A stretch of DNA of 64,000 bases from NCBI GenBank assembly GCA_964621645.1, contig CAZUMH010000001.1, positions 26,977 through 90,976 of the forward strand, read 5' to 3'. This stretch comes from an uncultured bacterium. Its GTDB lineage: Bacteria; Zhuqueibacterota; QNDG01; JAGLOF01. Positions 29,205 to 39,083 of the stretch are shown one piece after another (the first letter of the stretch is position 1; the number at the start of each line of letters is the position of its first letter). The notes beneath the pieces are model-generated. The model saw only the letters and a program-made list of their open reading frames with translations. It ran no database searches and was not told the DNA's origin. The translations under genes were made by a program, and so were the position numbers.

Positions 29205-29227
29205 TGTATTCTAATCAATTGTTTACA
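29205..29227. promoter_or_regulatory. Candidate BlaI operator (TGTA-N15-TACA dyad with central CAATTG) overlapping the blaI translation-initiation region
   Basis: TGTATTCTAATCAATTGTTTACA lies 11-33 bp upstream of the blaI start codon. BlaI/MecI/CopY repressors bind TACA/TGTA dyads. Confidence 0.3.
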
Positions 29228-29246
29228 TCTGAACGACTTTATATCT

Positions 29247-30152
29247 TTATTGATCAGGTCTCAATCTCCCGATAAATGCCGCAGGCATCCACCACATCCC
29301 GCCATTCACATAAAATAAATATTTACCATCAGGTGATATCCGCGGACTGAGCCCGCCTTTCTCTTTGGTTCCGCCCTCGGCCATTACCGGCGGCATCCAG
29401 TTCCCCGCTTTATCCCGGTAGCTGATGAAAATCCCCGTGATTTTCACATTTGTTTCATCAAATCGCGTAAAAACGAGGTAGGATTCATCAGGGGCGATAT
29501 CAGGGCAGGTTTCGGTTGCGGGTGTGTTTATTGCCGGGCCGATGCTGACAGGTTTTGTATAGACGCCGTTAACCAGCGTCGAATAGTAGATATCGCCAAT
29601 TCCCCCCTTGCCTTTCCCGCTCATATCCTGAAACTGGAAGTAGAGCGTGCCGCGATTGGATACCGAAATACTCCAATGCAAAGGGGTTTCGTTCAAAGCC
29701 ATGCTCACCGGTTCTGGATCGGACCATCCTGCCGCGGTTCTTTTGCAATACCAGATGGTTTCCTTCTCCGCCGAAACAGCACCCGGCCGGAACGAGGTAA
29801 AGAATAATTTCCTGCCGTCCGGGGTGATAAAGGGATTATCATACAGGAAGGAATCATCTTTGCAGAATGTGAGTGTTTCGGGTTTGGTCCATCGCCCGTT
29901 TTCCATCCTGCTGCCCCATAGTTTCCGTACATCAGTCACTATAGCCCAGTATATTTCCTTTCCATCCGGACTGATAGCGACACTGCTGTGGTTTCTGCCG
30001 GTGGACACAATGCCGGGAGCAAATAAAACCGGCCTGTTCACGGGAGGAGTTTGTCCCAGGTAGGGACCGGTGAGTTCGGGAAATGGCTTCTCCTGGGCAT
30101 TGATGTTAATTACCATCAATGCCATTAAGAAAACGAACCCATACCTTCTCAT
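29247..30152 (-). CDS. Secreted TolB-like beta-propeller protein (PD40/WD40-like repeats)
   Basis: AGAAGGAG RBS and signal peptide. Repeated ISPDGKxIYW / ITPDGRKLFFTS / ISPDGKYLFY units are characteristic of PD40 repeats. Confidence 0.7.
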   Translation of the reverse strand: MRRYGFVFLMALMVININAQEKPFPELTGPYLGQTPPVNRPVLFAPGIVSTGRNHSSVAISPDGKEIYWAIVTDVRKLWGSRMENGRWTKPETLTFCKDDSFLYDNPFITPDGRKLFFTSFRPGAVSAEKETIWYCKRTAAGWSDPEPVSMALNETPLHWSISVSNRGTLYFQFQDMSGKGKGGIGDIYYSTLVNGVYTKPVSIGPAINTPATETCPDIAPDESYLVFTRFDETNVKITGIFISYRDKAGNWMPPVMAEGGTKEKGGLSPRISPDGKYLFYVNGGMWWMPAAFIGRLRPDQ

Positions 30153-30619
30153 AGTGATTTGACTCCTTCTAGACTTGATCATGAATTATTGATTGTGTCG
30201 GTTCCATTGCGCCAATAACTACTGATTTAGTTTTCTAACTATTTGTTTAGTTATACACCAGGTATTCAGAAAAGTTTCATTTTTTTTTAAGTCCCCCGAC
30301 ATTTTATATCCACCTGCTGCAGATCAGTTATTACATCGACATCCCGTACCTCTCTCGGGAGTTCAAAACTGAACGGTTCTCCCTTTAATAACAGAAAGGG
30401 ATCGTTTATCCAGATGGTGTTGTCGTTACGATGAAAAATATCAAGGAGGAGTGAAATCGGCAGACCTAATCAGCTCCCGCTGTAGTTACTGAAACCAGAA
30501 AAAACAGCAAAATCAGAAGGAGAAATTCCGTCCAGACCGTCGTGATATAGGAAGCCCTGACTTTCACCACTTCAATTTTCCCTAAAGGACGGCCAAACCG
30601 GAAGATGTCTCCATTTACG

Positions 30620-32170
30620 TCAGGGCAAAGCGGCCTTCCACCCCGCGTGCAGCTGTACTGCCAGTTCGTCCACCAGTATTTTCATTTCAGGATGGGAGGC
30701 CAGGTTCTCATTTTCCTGGTCGTCGGACTGGTGATCGTAAAGCTCCACCCCCACCAGCTTCCGGCTATCCCGCTCCAGCCATTCCACATAGCGATAGCGG
30801 TCCGTCCTGATGGCGTAGCCGATATATTCCTTGCCGTCGGGGCCCACCCAGATCCCTTCCCGCAGGAACTCGCTGAAGGCTGCGGTCTTCCAGCTTCGGT
30901 TTGGATCTTTCAGAAGCGGCTTCATACTCAGACCCTCCAGATCTCCGGGAACAGGCAGGCGGCAGAGCTGGCAGAGGGTGGGATAGATGTCCACGAACTC
31001 CACCAGGGCATCGGAGCGCTGTCCCGGCCGGCCCACACCAGGCGCCGCTAATATCAGAGGGGCGTTGGTGTCGATCTCATAGTTGGTCATCTTGCACCAG
31101 CTGTTATGCTCGCCCAGCTTCCAGCCGTGATCGCCCCACAGCACTACGATGGTATTATCAGCCAGTCCCACTTCATCCAGCGTGTCCAGCAGCCGGCCAA
31201 CCTGGGCGTCGGTGTAGCTCACCGAGGCCAGGTAACCGTGACGCAGCAGCCGGGCCTCATCATCGTTCAGGTGATCCTCGAGCGGCGTGCCGTGCTTGGA
31301 GAAATCGGTATAACCCCGCAGTTCCCGCAGGTTGTTGATGGCCATGGTCGGTGCTTCCTTGGGCAGGAAATCGTTCTCCGCCAGCGGGATGCTGCCGCGG
31401 TCGTAGAGATCCCAATACTTCCTGGGCGCGTTGAAGGGCAGATGGGGCCGGTAGTACCCCACGGCCAGGAAAAAGGGCTGCTTCTGATTTTTGAGCTGTT
31501 TCAGCTTTTCCACGGCCCAGTCGGTTTGGGCTCCGTCATAATAGGTATTGTCCGGTACATCAGGAGCCTCGGTGGCCTGGGCCTTGAGATAGTAGTAGCC
31601 GAAGCGGTCCTTACGGCTCTCCCCCCGCCCGGCGGCGATGATCCGTTTCTTGCGCGCCTCCTGGATGGCCCGGCCCTCCGCGCCCAGATAGACGGCATCC
31701 GGGTCGAAGGGAAAACCCTTCAGATAGGCTCGCTCGTCCCAGGATGGTTCATCTGGATAGATATTGTGAAAGATCTTGCCGATGCTGGCAGTATAATACC
31801 CATGCTGCCGGAAATACTGCGGCAGGGTGATCACATCGGGCGACACCTGACGCAGGTCGGTATGCAGATCGAGGACACCGATGGTGTCGGGCCGCTTGCC
31901 CGTGAGCAGGCTGGCCCGGGAAGGATTGCACACGGCCGACTGGCAGTAGGCCCGGGTGAAAACCGCCCCCTGGCCCGCCAGACGATCGATGTTTGGACTG
32001 ATGACGTAGTCCTTACCGTAGCAGCCCAGTTCGGTGCGCAGATCATCCACGGGGATAAAGAGCACGTTGGGCCGCCGTCCCGGTTTCAGAGTGGTGCAGC
32101 CCGTCAGAGCGGCAGCGGCCAGGGCCGCGGCGCTCTTCCCTATAAATGCGCGGCGATTAATGGTATTCAC
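30620..32170 (-). CDS. Sulfatase (Cys-type, formylglycine-dependent; iduronate-2-sulfatase-like), Tat signal
   Basis: Twin-arginine signal RRAFIGKSAAALAAAAL. Sulfatase signature CNPSRASLLTG (C-x-P-x-R) with metal ligands in PNVLFIPVDDL. Size and motifs match the family S1 sulfatases. Confidence 0.9.
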   Translation of the reverse strand: MNTINRRAFIGKSAAALAAAALTGCTTLKPGRRPNVLFIPVDDLRTELGCYGKDYVISPNIDRLAGQGAVFTRAYCQSAVCNPSRASLLTGKRPDTIGVLDLHTDLRQVSPDVITLPQYFRQHGYYTASIGKIFHNIYPDEPSWDERAYLKGFPFDPDAVYLGAEGRAIQEARKKRIIAAGRGESRKDRFGYYYLKAQATEAPDVPDNTYYDGAQTDWAVEKLKQLKNQKQPFFLAVGYYRPHLPFNAPRKYWDLYDRGSIPLAENDFLPKEAPTMAINNLRELRGYTDFSKHGTPLEDHLNDDEARLLRHGYLASVSYTDAQVGRLLDTLDEVGLADNTIVVLWGDHGWKLGEHNSWCKMTNYEIDTNAPLILAAPGVGRPGQRSDALVEFVDIYPTLCQLCRLPVPGDLEGLSMKPLLKDPNRSWKTAAFSEFLREGIWVGPDGKEYIGYAIRTDRYRYVEWLERDSRKLVGVELYDHQSDDQENENLASHPEMKILVDELAVQLHAGWKAALP

Positions 32171-32249
32171 AGTTCTTCCTCGCTCTCAAGATTATATGAC
32201 ATACATTCTATCGGAAAGCCGGACTAAAAGTACAGGAACACCGTACCAT

Positions 32250-32759
32250 TCACCCCTTCTGATACGGTTTAAGCTTCCGGTACTCATTTTCCGAGAACGT
32301 CTGATAGAGATACGTTTCGCCCCATTTTACTCCGCGGTATTCGAATGCTCGTTTTTTCAGCTTTCTCCCGCGCCAGGTGAATCCAGCCCAGATGATGTAA
32401 TAGGTCACACCGAGGAACAGCAGTAGATAGATAATGCCTATCAGCAGCATCCAGATAGAAAATTTCATTTCGAACAAATGTGACGGGATTAAAAAGCGGA
32501 TATTGTTCATCGGTGCCACCGCCATGGTAAAAATCCAGAGAGCCGCCGCCGGCAGCGTCAAAGCGGCGATGATGCGCCCCTTCAGGTTACAGGTATGGCA
32601 GGTGGAAAATAAATGGGACACGAAATCTCCGTATACCGTCGTCGTTTTCTCGACAGTGCCGGTGCGGTATTTAATTTCCCGGAGTTTCTTCGCGGTGTGA
32701 AAACTATGAATCTCGCCTCCCTTGGCAATGTTCTTTTTGCATAGCGCGCATTGGGACAT
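32250..32759 (-). CDS. Hypothetical small membrane protein
   Basis: Three hydrophobic helices. N-terminal CxxC. No known domain; the start is uncertain. Confidence 0.35.
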   Translation of the reverse strand: MSQCALCKKNIAKGGEIHSFHTAKKLREIKYRTGTVEKTTTVYGDFVSHLFSTCHTCNLKGRIIAALTLPAAALWIFTMAVAPMNNIRFLIPSHLFEMKFSIWMLLIGIIYLLLFLGVTYYIIWAGFTWRGRKLKKRAFEYRGVKWGETYLYQTFSENEYRKLKPYQKG

Positions 32760-32935
32760 ATACCCCCTCCTCTCCTTCTCCCAGTTTGACTTTACGTGCA
32801 TCCCCGGACGAAAATTAATGTATGGCGTCTAAATCGGAAATAAAACTTACATTCTTGATCGACAACGCCCAAATTATTCTCTTCTCCTGTGGGGATTGCC
32901 CGGTTATGTGATGACACTTCCCGTCAGGATACAAG

Positions 32936-33577
32936 CTAATCCTTCTGCCAACAATTTATATATAATTTGAAATATATATCAATCATCTGCTCCGGATATC
33001 GAGCCGCCAGAAACTCATACTCTTTTAATACAGTAAATCCTTCTTTACCTAACCGATCCCTGATTTTCGCATCGCCGTGACGGTACATCAAGACGTCATA
33101 TTCCTGTTCTGTTCCTTCTCCAATATGAATACTGTATCGATCGTCCTGTTTTTCCTTTTTCTCTTCGATGGAAAAAGCGAATATTCCGTTTGCTTTTATT
33201 ATCCTGGCAGCTTCACGGAAAACTGCGGACAGATCGCTGAAAAAATTGAGTACCGCAAGGGATATGATGTTATCAAAGGATGTGCCGGGAAAAGGATAAG
33301 GTGCCTTCAATAGGTCATGCCGGATAAGCGTTCCCGAAAATTTCTTTTTACGGCATTCTTCAAGCATATCAGGGGAACTGTCAAACCCGGAAATTTTCAA
33401 CCCCGCCTTATGGAATAACAAGGAACTTAATCCGGTACCAATCCCGATATCCAGGAGTGATTCCCCGGATTGGATATATTCATACATCAGACCGAAGAGG
33501 ATCTCATGTCCGTGCCAGGCCATCTCTTCCGCCTGGCGCTCATAGGTTTCAGGATTATCTCCGCGATAATTGCTCAT
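32936..33577 (-). CDS. Class I SAM-dependent methyltransferase
   Basis: Motif I LLDIGIGTGLSS, followed by post-I acidic GFDSS and motif II/III DNIISLAVLNF...NGIFAF. Confidence 0.8.
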   Translation of the reverse strand: MSNYRGDNPETYERQAEEMAWHGHEILFGLMYEYIQSGESLLDIGIGTGLSSLLFHKAGLKISGFDSSPDMLEECRKKKFSGTLIRHDLLKAPYPFPGTSFDNIISLAVLNFFSDLSAVFREAARIIKANGIFAFSIEEKKEKQDDRYSIHIGEGTEQEYDVLMYRHGDAKIRDRLGKEGFTVLKEYEFLAARYPEQMIDIYFKLYINCWQKD

Positions 33578-33984
33578 GCGGCCGATCCCTCTCTGCGTCT
33601 TGGTGTATAGTGCCATGAGTCAAGGATGAACAAGGGGATGAGGATAGAGATATAGGCGGGGAAATCCCAGGGATCAAAGGTGGATTCGTAAAGATGCATA
33701 TATTGGGCTCCTTCGACGCAGAAGCAGAAAATCAGAAAAAGGACCACTGTTCTCCCCGGTGTAAAGAATCTTGTCCAGGGATTATCCTTCCAGGCCGTGA
33801 ATAGCCCCCGGAAGAGGATGTAGCTCCACGCCGGACCAACCATGTCAAGTACATATCCTTTCCAGAAAAGCCCGAAATCGAACCAGATTGTCGCCAGTCC
33901 GGTACTGCAGAGGACAAAGAGAGCGGCGGCCCAATAGGGTGCGAATCGATCGTGTCTGTTTTTATTTCCTTCTTGGTCTGCCAA
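33574..33984 (-). CDS. Hypothetical membrane protein
   Basis: Four hydrophobic segments and Trp-rich loops. No known domain. Its stop abuts the methyltransferase start. Confidence 0.35.
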   Translation of the reverse strand: MADQEGNKNRHDRFAPYWAAALFVLCSTGLATIWFDFGLFWKGYVLDMVGPAWSYILFRGLFTAWKDNPWTRFFTPGRTVVLFLIFCFCVEGAQYMHLYESTFDPWDFPAYISILIPLFILDSWHYTPRRREGSAA

Positions 33985-34049
33985 TCCAATAATCTCCTGT
34001 AATTGTGCAGAGGAAGGGCCGTACGGTAATAATCCCCTTTATTAATAAG

Positions 34050-35237
34050 TTATTCGATCCCGAGCGTCGCTCCCATAAGAACCACCGTGTAAGGATTCCA
34101 GGTTGACATGGTAAAATAGATAGTTGTTTCTACACTGTTGCCGGCGGCATGGTCCGGAAATTGATAAGGACCGTAGACTCCGCCCCATTCATTCTCCCGT
34201 CCCTGATCATGGAGACTGTCACTGACACTGTTAGTCCAGCTGATGTGGATGAATTCGCCATACCCGTCATCGGTCCAGGGATCATAGAGTACCTGGGCGG
34301 CGGTCCAGGGACCCCACGGCTCCTCGGCCGAACGAATGATCACCTGGGCGCCGGCATTATAAAGCATGAGCCAGCGGCCGATAAAGCTGTTGTAGCTCAC
34401 CGAAAGCTCACCCACCACCGGATGAGAAAAGAGCGCTACCGCGTCCGATTCACTGCTGCTCCAGAGCGGGTTGTAGGATGCGTCAAATCCTTTGAAGTAG
34501 GATATATTGGTTTTGGCGGCAATGGAAGCAGCTGGCTGGTATGCCAGATACACATCACTGGCCCGATAGGAGCCGGAACCGAAGATCACCAGGCCGTCTC
34601 CCTCGGAATCGGGAAAGCCCGGCCATAGAGAAACATCCGTCTCGACGATGGATACGTTGATGAAATGGCTGGAGGAAAAATCATAGAGCCGGGTGAAGGT
34701 GCGGCCGTCATCATCGGAGACGGCAACGACGGACCGCCCCATAGTAACGGTTTGAGTGTGGCCGGTGGTGGCATAGAGGTACATATGTCCGTCCACGCTG
34801 ACGCCCTCCATAGGGACTTCGAAATCGGCGAGACTGACACCAGGAATCTCCACCGGACGGTAGGTGGTCAGGTTCTGTTTAATAAAGGTTAAATCGAGAC
34901 CGTCGGAAAGGTCGGTGTCCAGCGTGTAGGCGATGGGATCATCCGCTTTAGGCGGAATATCACCGAAGAGCAGATACCAGCGGTCGCCGTGATGAAAACA
35001 CACGCCCAGATCGGTGAAGTAAAGCTGGTACCGCTGCCCGGTCAGATTGCGGGTCGGCGCCTGGTACTGCCGGTCGTAATCACCGATCAGCTGTTCTATT
35101 TTCTGCGGACGGCTGAGGATTGTCAGCAGATTCGGCGCGGTCGGCGCCGACGTGGGAGTGTGTGTAGGGCAGCCGGAAGTCAGAAGAATTACCGTTACCG
35201 CCGATAAGAAGAAAATTTTATGACGAAACCGCCCCAT
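34050..35237 (-). CDS. Secreted lipoprotein, DUF4185-like / BNR-sialidase-like beta-propeller (putative glycan-active)
   Basis: Lipobox LTSGCP. Repetitive W/D/S-rich blades (SVVAVSDDDGRTF, ...LWSSSESD..., SWTNSVSDS) resemble BNR/Asp-box propellers. The DUF4185 assignment is from memory only. Confidence 0.4.
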   Translation of the reverse strand: MGRFRHKIFFLSAVTVILLTSGCPTHTPTSAPTAPNLLTILSRPQKIEQLIGDYDRQYQAPTRNLTGQRYQLYFTDLGVCFHHGDRWYLLFGDIPPKADDPIAYTLDTDLSDGLDLTFIKQNLTTYRPVEIPGVSLADFEVPMEGVSVDGHMYLYATTGHTQTVTMGRSVVAVSDDDGRTFTRLYDFSSSHFINVSIVETDVSLWPGFPDSEGDGLVIFGSGSYRASDVYLAYQPAASIAAKTNISYFKGFDASYNPLWSSSESDAVALFSHPVVGELSVSYNSFIGRWLMLYNAGAQVIIRSAEEPWGPWTAAQVLYDPWTDDGYGEFIHISWTNSVSDSLHDQGRENEWGGVYGPYQFPDHAAGNSVETTIYFTMSTWNPYTVVLMGATLGIE

Positions 35238-35377
35238 AACAGTTTCCTTGTAATGATTTTCATTCCGCAGAGGATTTTATCCCAACTGGATCAACAAAAT
35301 AACCGGATTATTTCCTGCTGCTTTTATCTATTCGATGATCCGCCGGTACAATTCCTCTCGGCCTCGATTGCTCCCAT

Positions 35378-36526
35378 TTACCTAAGCAATATCAGCTTTC
35401 TTATCTTTGTATATTCTCCCGCCTTCATTTTGTAAAAATATACGCCGCTGGCCAATCCGTTGGGCTGCCAGACTGTTTCATGCAGACCTGCCGGCATGGT
35501 GCCATCAACCAGGGTTTCTATTTCCTGTCCGACAATATTATATACTTTGATCACGACGCGGCTCGCCTCGGCCAGCGTGAATTTTATGTTTGTTGACGGA
35601 TTAAAGGGATTGGGATAGTTTTGGTACAGATTAAAACCCCCGGGGATGACCTTGTCATCCTTCCCGATCAGTGTTGTACCGCTCCTTGTATGCAGGGTGA
35701 AAAAATCCCAGATGCTATCAGTTGCGGTGATTCCCCAGTTTGAAGGTCGCGGCCACTCATGCTCTCCGGTCGGATTTGTATAGAGGATGATGTCCGTCAA
35801 TCCGGTTGATGATGGCCATTGCCTTCCAATAATGCCATTTTCATTATATATAGTATCCGGATCCGAGCTGCAGTCATTGATGCGGCGCCATGCAGCCATG
35901 GTTGAATCCACCGGAGGGATGGCATTCGTGCTGTCACCCGCTCCATAATAGGGGAAGATATCATCACTCAAGCCGTGAAAATGAATGATCGGCACCGGGA
36001 ACTCGGGATTGCAGTATTCATACAGCATCTGTCCCGAACTCACTCCCATCGCCGCGATTTTATCTGATAGTTCCGCGGCAACACGGTAGGCCATGGCAGC
36101 TCCGTTGGAAAAGCCCATAACATAAATTCTGGTAGTATCGACATTATTGTTCATTATCATTGTGTCGATGAGTGCCGAGATAAATCCGATATCATCAGTT
36201 CCTTGAGTGATATCTTCATAGATGCCGCCGGCGTTCCACCAGGTCAGCAGGTTGTAACGGAGACCGTTGGGACAGGCGACGTAAAACTTTTCTTTTATGG
36301 CTTTCTGCACAATGGCCGTGGTTGCCATAAATGTCAATCCATCCGAACCTGAACCGTGCAATCCGATAATCAGGGGATACCCATCGAGATTGGGAGGCAA
36401 GGAAGATTCATACATCGCGTAAGTACGTGTAGTGTCTCCGTATACGAAATCCTGATACTGCCCGTACAGCAGTTGAGAGATAAGACAGATCCCGATGACA
36501 ATGAATAGTACCGTTCTCTTCGACAT
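35378..36526 (-). CDS. T9SS-sorted alpha/beta-hydrolase esterase (PHB-depolymerase/feruloyl-esterase-like, CE1-type)
   Basis: AAGGAGGG RBS and signal peptide. LIIGLHGSGSDG oxyanion region, nucleophile elbow GFSNGAAMA (GxSxG), His in FHGLSDD. C-terminal YQNYPNPFNPSTNIKF...VYNIVGQEI...SGVYFYKMKAG...KLILLR is a T9SS CTD. Confidence 0.8.
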   Translation of the reverse strand: MSKRTVLFIVIGICLISQLLYGQYQDFVYGDTTRTYAMYESSLPPNLDGYPLIIGLHGSGSDGLTFMATTAIVQKAIKEKFYVACPNGLRYNLLTWWNAGGIYEDITQGTDDIGFISALIDTMIMNNNVDTTRIYVMGFSNGAAMAYRVAAELSDKIAAMGVSSGQMLYEYCNPEFPVPIIHFHGLSDDIFPYYGAGDSTNAIPPVDSTMAAWRRINDCSSDPDTIYNENGIIGRQWPSSTGLTDIILYTNPTGEHEWPRPSNWGITATDSIWDFFTLHTRSGTTLIGKDDKVIPGGFNLYQNYPNPFNPSTNIKFTLAEASRVVIKVYNIVGQEIETLVDGTMPAGLHETVWQPNGLASGVYFYKMKAGEYTKIRKLILLR

Positions 36527-36941
36527 GATCCCTCCTTTTCTGGCTGGGTTACGTTTAAAGGCCCGCCGGCCCTGACATCTCCGAATCCTAATTGAAGAAA
36601 AATCTCAGCGCTCTCTAAGGATTGTTTCTAACTGGTACGCTTTGTGGACGGCGTTAATTCACAGTTACAAGAATCGTGTACTTTGTTTATTTTAAATGTG
36701 ATTGTGATACGTTAGTTTAAAGTAAACGTGTATTTTGTCAAAATACTACAATGGAAAGAATTTTACAAGATAAATTTAACAAAGGCTGCCATACCAAACA
36801 GATGGTTGAGGATATTGGTTATTATCAATCCGGAGATAAAGCCTGCTTGTGGCGATTGTAGACTTTATCTCCTTTCGGTCTCATTCACAGAGAGAAAAAT
36901 CAGATCGACGATGACTTGTCTTGATTGTATGGTAATGGTAA

Positions 36942-37892
36942 CTATTTCGAATTAAACTCCTTCTCACTGACATTGCGAACGAGAATGGTGCGCTCAACAA
37001 CACCGTTTATTTTATTCGGCGGCATAGGCAGGGTCGTCTCACTGACAACGAACTCATGGAGCGTGGCTTTCTGCACCCAGTTGGTCTTGAGGTCCTTATA
37101 AATATCTCCAAAGTAATGGGAGCTGCCCACTGTCTCGACCTTCATATTAGGCATCGGTTCCATGATCATTTTATAGGAACTTTCCCCTGAATCATATCCC
37201 AACAGAGCGCACTCTCTGTCGTTTGCCACGCCAAGCCCCTTGAATTCAAGAGTTATCTCGCCGTTCTTGAAAAAAGATCCTTTAGACACATTGCTTCCCA
37301 GATTCACGGGCGGTTCGGAAAAGGCGGCCGCATGGACGATCTTTTGACCGATCTTTGTCAAATCTTGAATTCCGTTGCCCTCATCGGTCTTCTCTGCAAA
37401 AACGTTATTAAAGGTATGAAAATCGATAAAGGCATTATAGACATGATAGGCAATTCCGGCTGGCAACATTTTTCCTTTACTGTCAACAAGATGTTCGAAT
37501 TTGCCGTGATCGATCCCTAGCACCTCTCCTTTCTCATTGTCTCTCTTGAACACATATGTCCAGTTCTCCAGTGCAGGAATAGTAACTTCTGAACCGCCTT
37601 CCTGCTTCACCGTGAATTGTATGCAGGTATATTCATCGCCTTCTGTTCCGGCGATTTTCGCGGGCACACATTTAAGATGCAGCCGGAAAATATCAGCTTT
37701 ATCACGCTTTCCATCCAGAGAATAGGTGACGAGTTTTGATTCCATGATAAAATATTGCGTTTCCGGTGAATGTTTCCCGGCAAGATTAAATTCTCTATTC
37801 ACTAATGATTTTTGCTGAGCCGCGGCGGGAATAAGTGAAATAACAATCGCAAACAAATTACATATGGCAAAAGTAAGCAATCTCTTTTTCAT
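36942..37892 (-). CDS. Hypothetical secreted protein
   Basis: GGAGAGG RBS and a signal peptide (MKKRLLTFAICNLFAIVISLIPAAAQ). No recognisable domain. Confidence 0.5.
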   Translation of the reverse strand: MKKRLLTFAICNLFAIVISLIPAAAQQKSLVNREFNLAGKHSPETQYFIMESKLVTYSLDGKRDKADIFRLHLKCVPAKIAGTEGDEYTCIQFTVKQEGGSEVTIPALENWTYVFKRDNEKGEVLGIDHGKFEHLVDSKGKMLPAGIAYHVYNAFIDFHTFNNVFAEKTDEGNGIQDLTKIGQKIVHAAAFSEPPVNLGSNVSKGSFFKNGEITLEFKGLGVANDRECALLGYDSGESSYKMIMEPMPNMKVETVGSSHYFGDIYKDLKTNWVQKATLHEFVVSETTLPMPPNKINGVVERTILVRNVSEKEFNSK

Positions 37893-38020
37893 AATTTCAG
37901 CCTCTCCATTATTGATTGGGATGTTGCCTGGTTGCATTTTTTCTTTTCAATCGCTTTACAGGAAGGTCCGCGGGCAATTGGATTTACCATATTATTTTTA
38001 ACTTCTTTGGTCAACGAAGA

Positions 38021-39043
38021 TCACTCTATTGTTTTTTTCCTGACGCCATTGATGGTCATCCGGACCGGCCTGATGGTGCCGTCTCGATTGAAATAGAGTC
38101 GATCGATACAGGTCACGCGGTGATCCCGCCCTTTATTGGGAATGGGACGTCTATGGTAGACGATGTACCATTGGTCCGTTCCCGGAATTTGGATCACCGA
38201 ATGATGCCCGGCGCCGGTCGCGATGGTGTCGTCCGACTGGAGAATGACGCCCAGGCGCCGAAAGGGCCCGGTGGCGCTTTTACTCATGGCATAAGCGACT
38301 CGATAGGAACCGTCTCCCCAGTTTCCCTCGGACCACATGAAATAGTAGGTCCCGTTCCGCAGGATCATCACCGGTCCCTCCACATACCCATCGGGAGTAA
38401 TTTCCTGGAACAGAGTGCCGTCATCCCAGGGCAGGAATCCGGTAAAATCATCCTTGAGTTTTGCCATGTTGCAGTGGCGCCAGCCGCCATAGATTATATA
38501 ATAGGTGGAATCTGTGTCCCGGAAGACAAACTGGTCGATGGGCTGGGCGTCGTTGTAAAAATCGGAAATAAGAGGGTGCCCCAGGTAATCGATATACGGA
38601 CCGGAGGGAGAGTCCGCCACGGCCACTCCAATGCCGCCATAGTGATTTCTGGTGTCGTTTTCTTCCCACATGGGTCCGCCGGGACGCTGCACGTCGTTTG
38701 CCGAGAAAAACAGATAGTATTCACTCTCTTTCTCAATAATCGCCGGTGCCCACATGGCCCGGTGGGCCCACTTTACTGCCGACGTGTCCAGTACATGGGG
38801 ATACTTTTTCCAGGTGATCAGATCTTTGGAGGAAAAAGCATCCAGAAACACCTGCTGATCATAGGGCGCCGAACAGGTCGGAAAGATCCAGCACGTTTTT
38901 CCGAATACCGTTCCTTCCGGATCCGCGTACCAGCCATCCAGGATTGGATTCCCGGACATGGTCTTGCTGATTTCCGCCGTTTTGGAACAAAAGCTGAAAA
39001 AAGAGAGAGATACCATGATAAGCAGATAACGAACGATGGTCAT
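38021..39043 (-). CDS. Glycoside hydrolase family 43 (beta-xylosidase / alpha-L-arabinofuranosidase type)
   Basis: GH43 five-bladed propeller motifs: NPILDGWYADPEG (catalytic base Asp), WAPAIIEKESEYYLFFSAND, GGIGVAVADSPSGPY (catalytic acid Glu region), GPVMILRNGTYYFMWSEG. Confidence 0.9.
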   Translation of the reverse strand: MTIVRYLLIMVSLSFFSFCSKTAEISKTMSGNPILDGWYADPEGTVFGKTCWIFPTCSAPYDQQVFLDAFSSKDLITWKKYPHVLDTSAVKWAHRAMWAPAIIEKESEYYLFFSANDVQRPGGPMWEENDTRNHYGGIGVAVADSPSGPYIDYLGHPLISDFYNDAQPIDQFVFRDTDSTYYIIYGGWRHCNMAKLKDDFTGFLPWDDGTLFQEITPDGYVEGPVMILRNGTYYFMWSEGNWGDGSYRVAYAMSKSATGPFRRLGVILQSDDTIATGAGHHSVIQIPGTDQWYIVYHRRPIPNKGRDHRVTCIDRLYFNRDGTIRPVRMTINGVRKKTIE

Positions 39044-39083
39044 GATGTAATAATGCTCCCCTTTTTATTTTCAAGGGTATTGT

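Noticed and set aside
31106-32227. 373-aa + strand ORF antisense to the sulfatase gene
   Set aside because: The sulfatase on the minus strand has the Tat signal and the CxPxR active-site motif. The antisense ORF is R/G/P/A-rich with no features.
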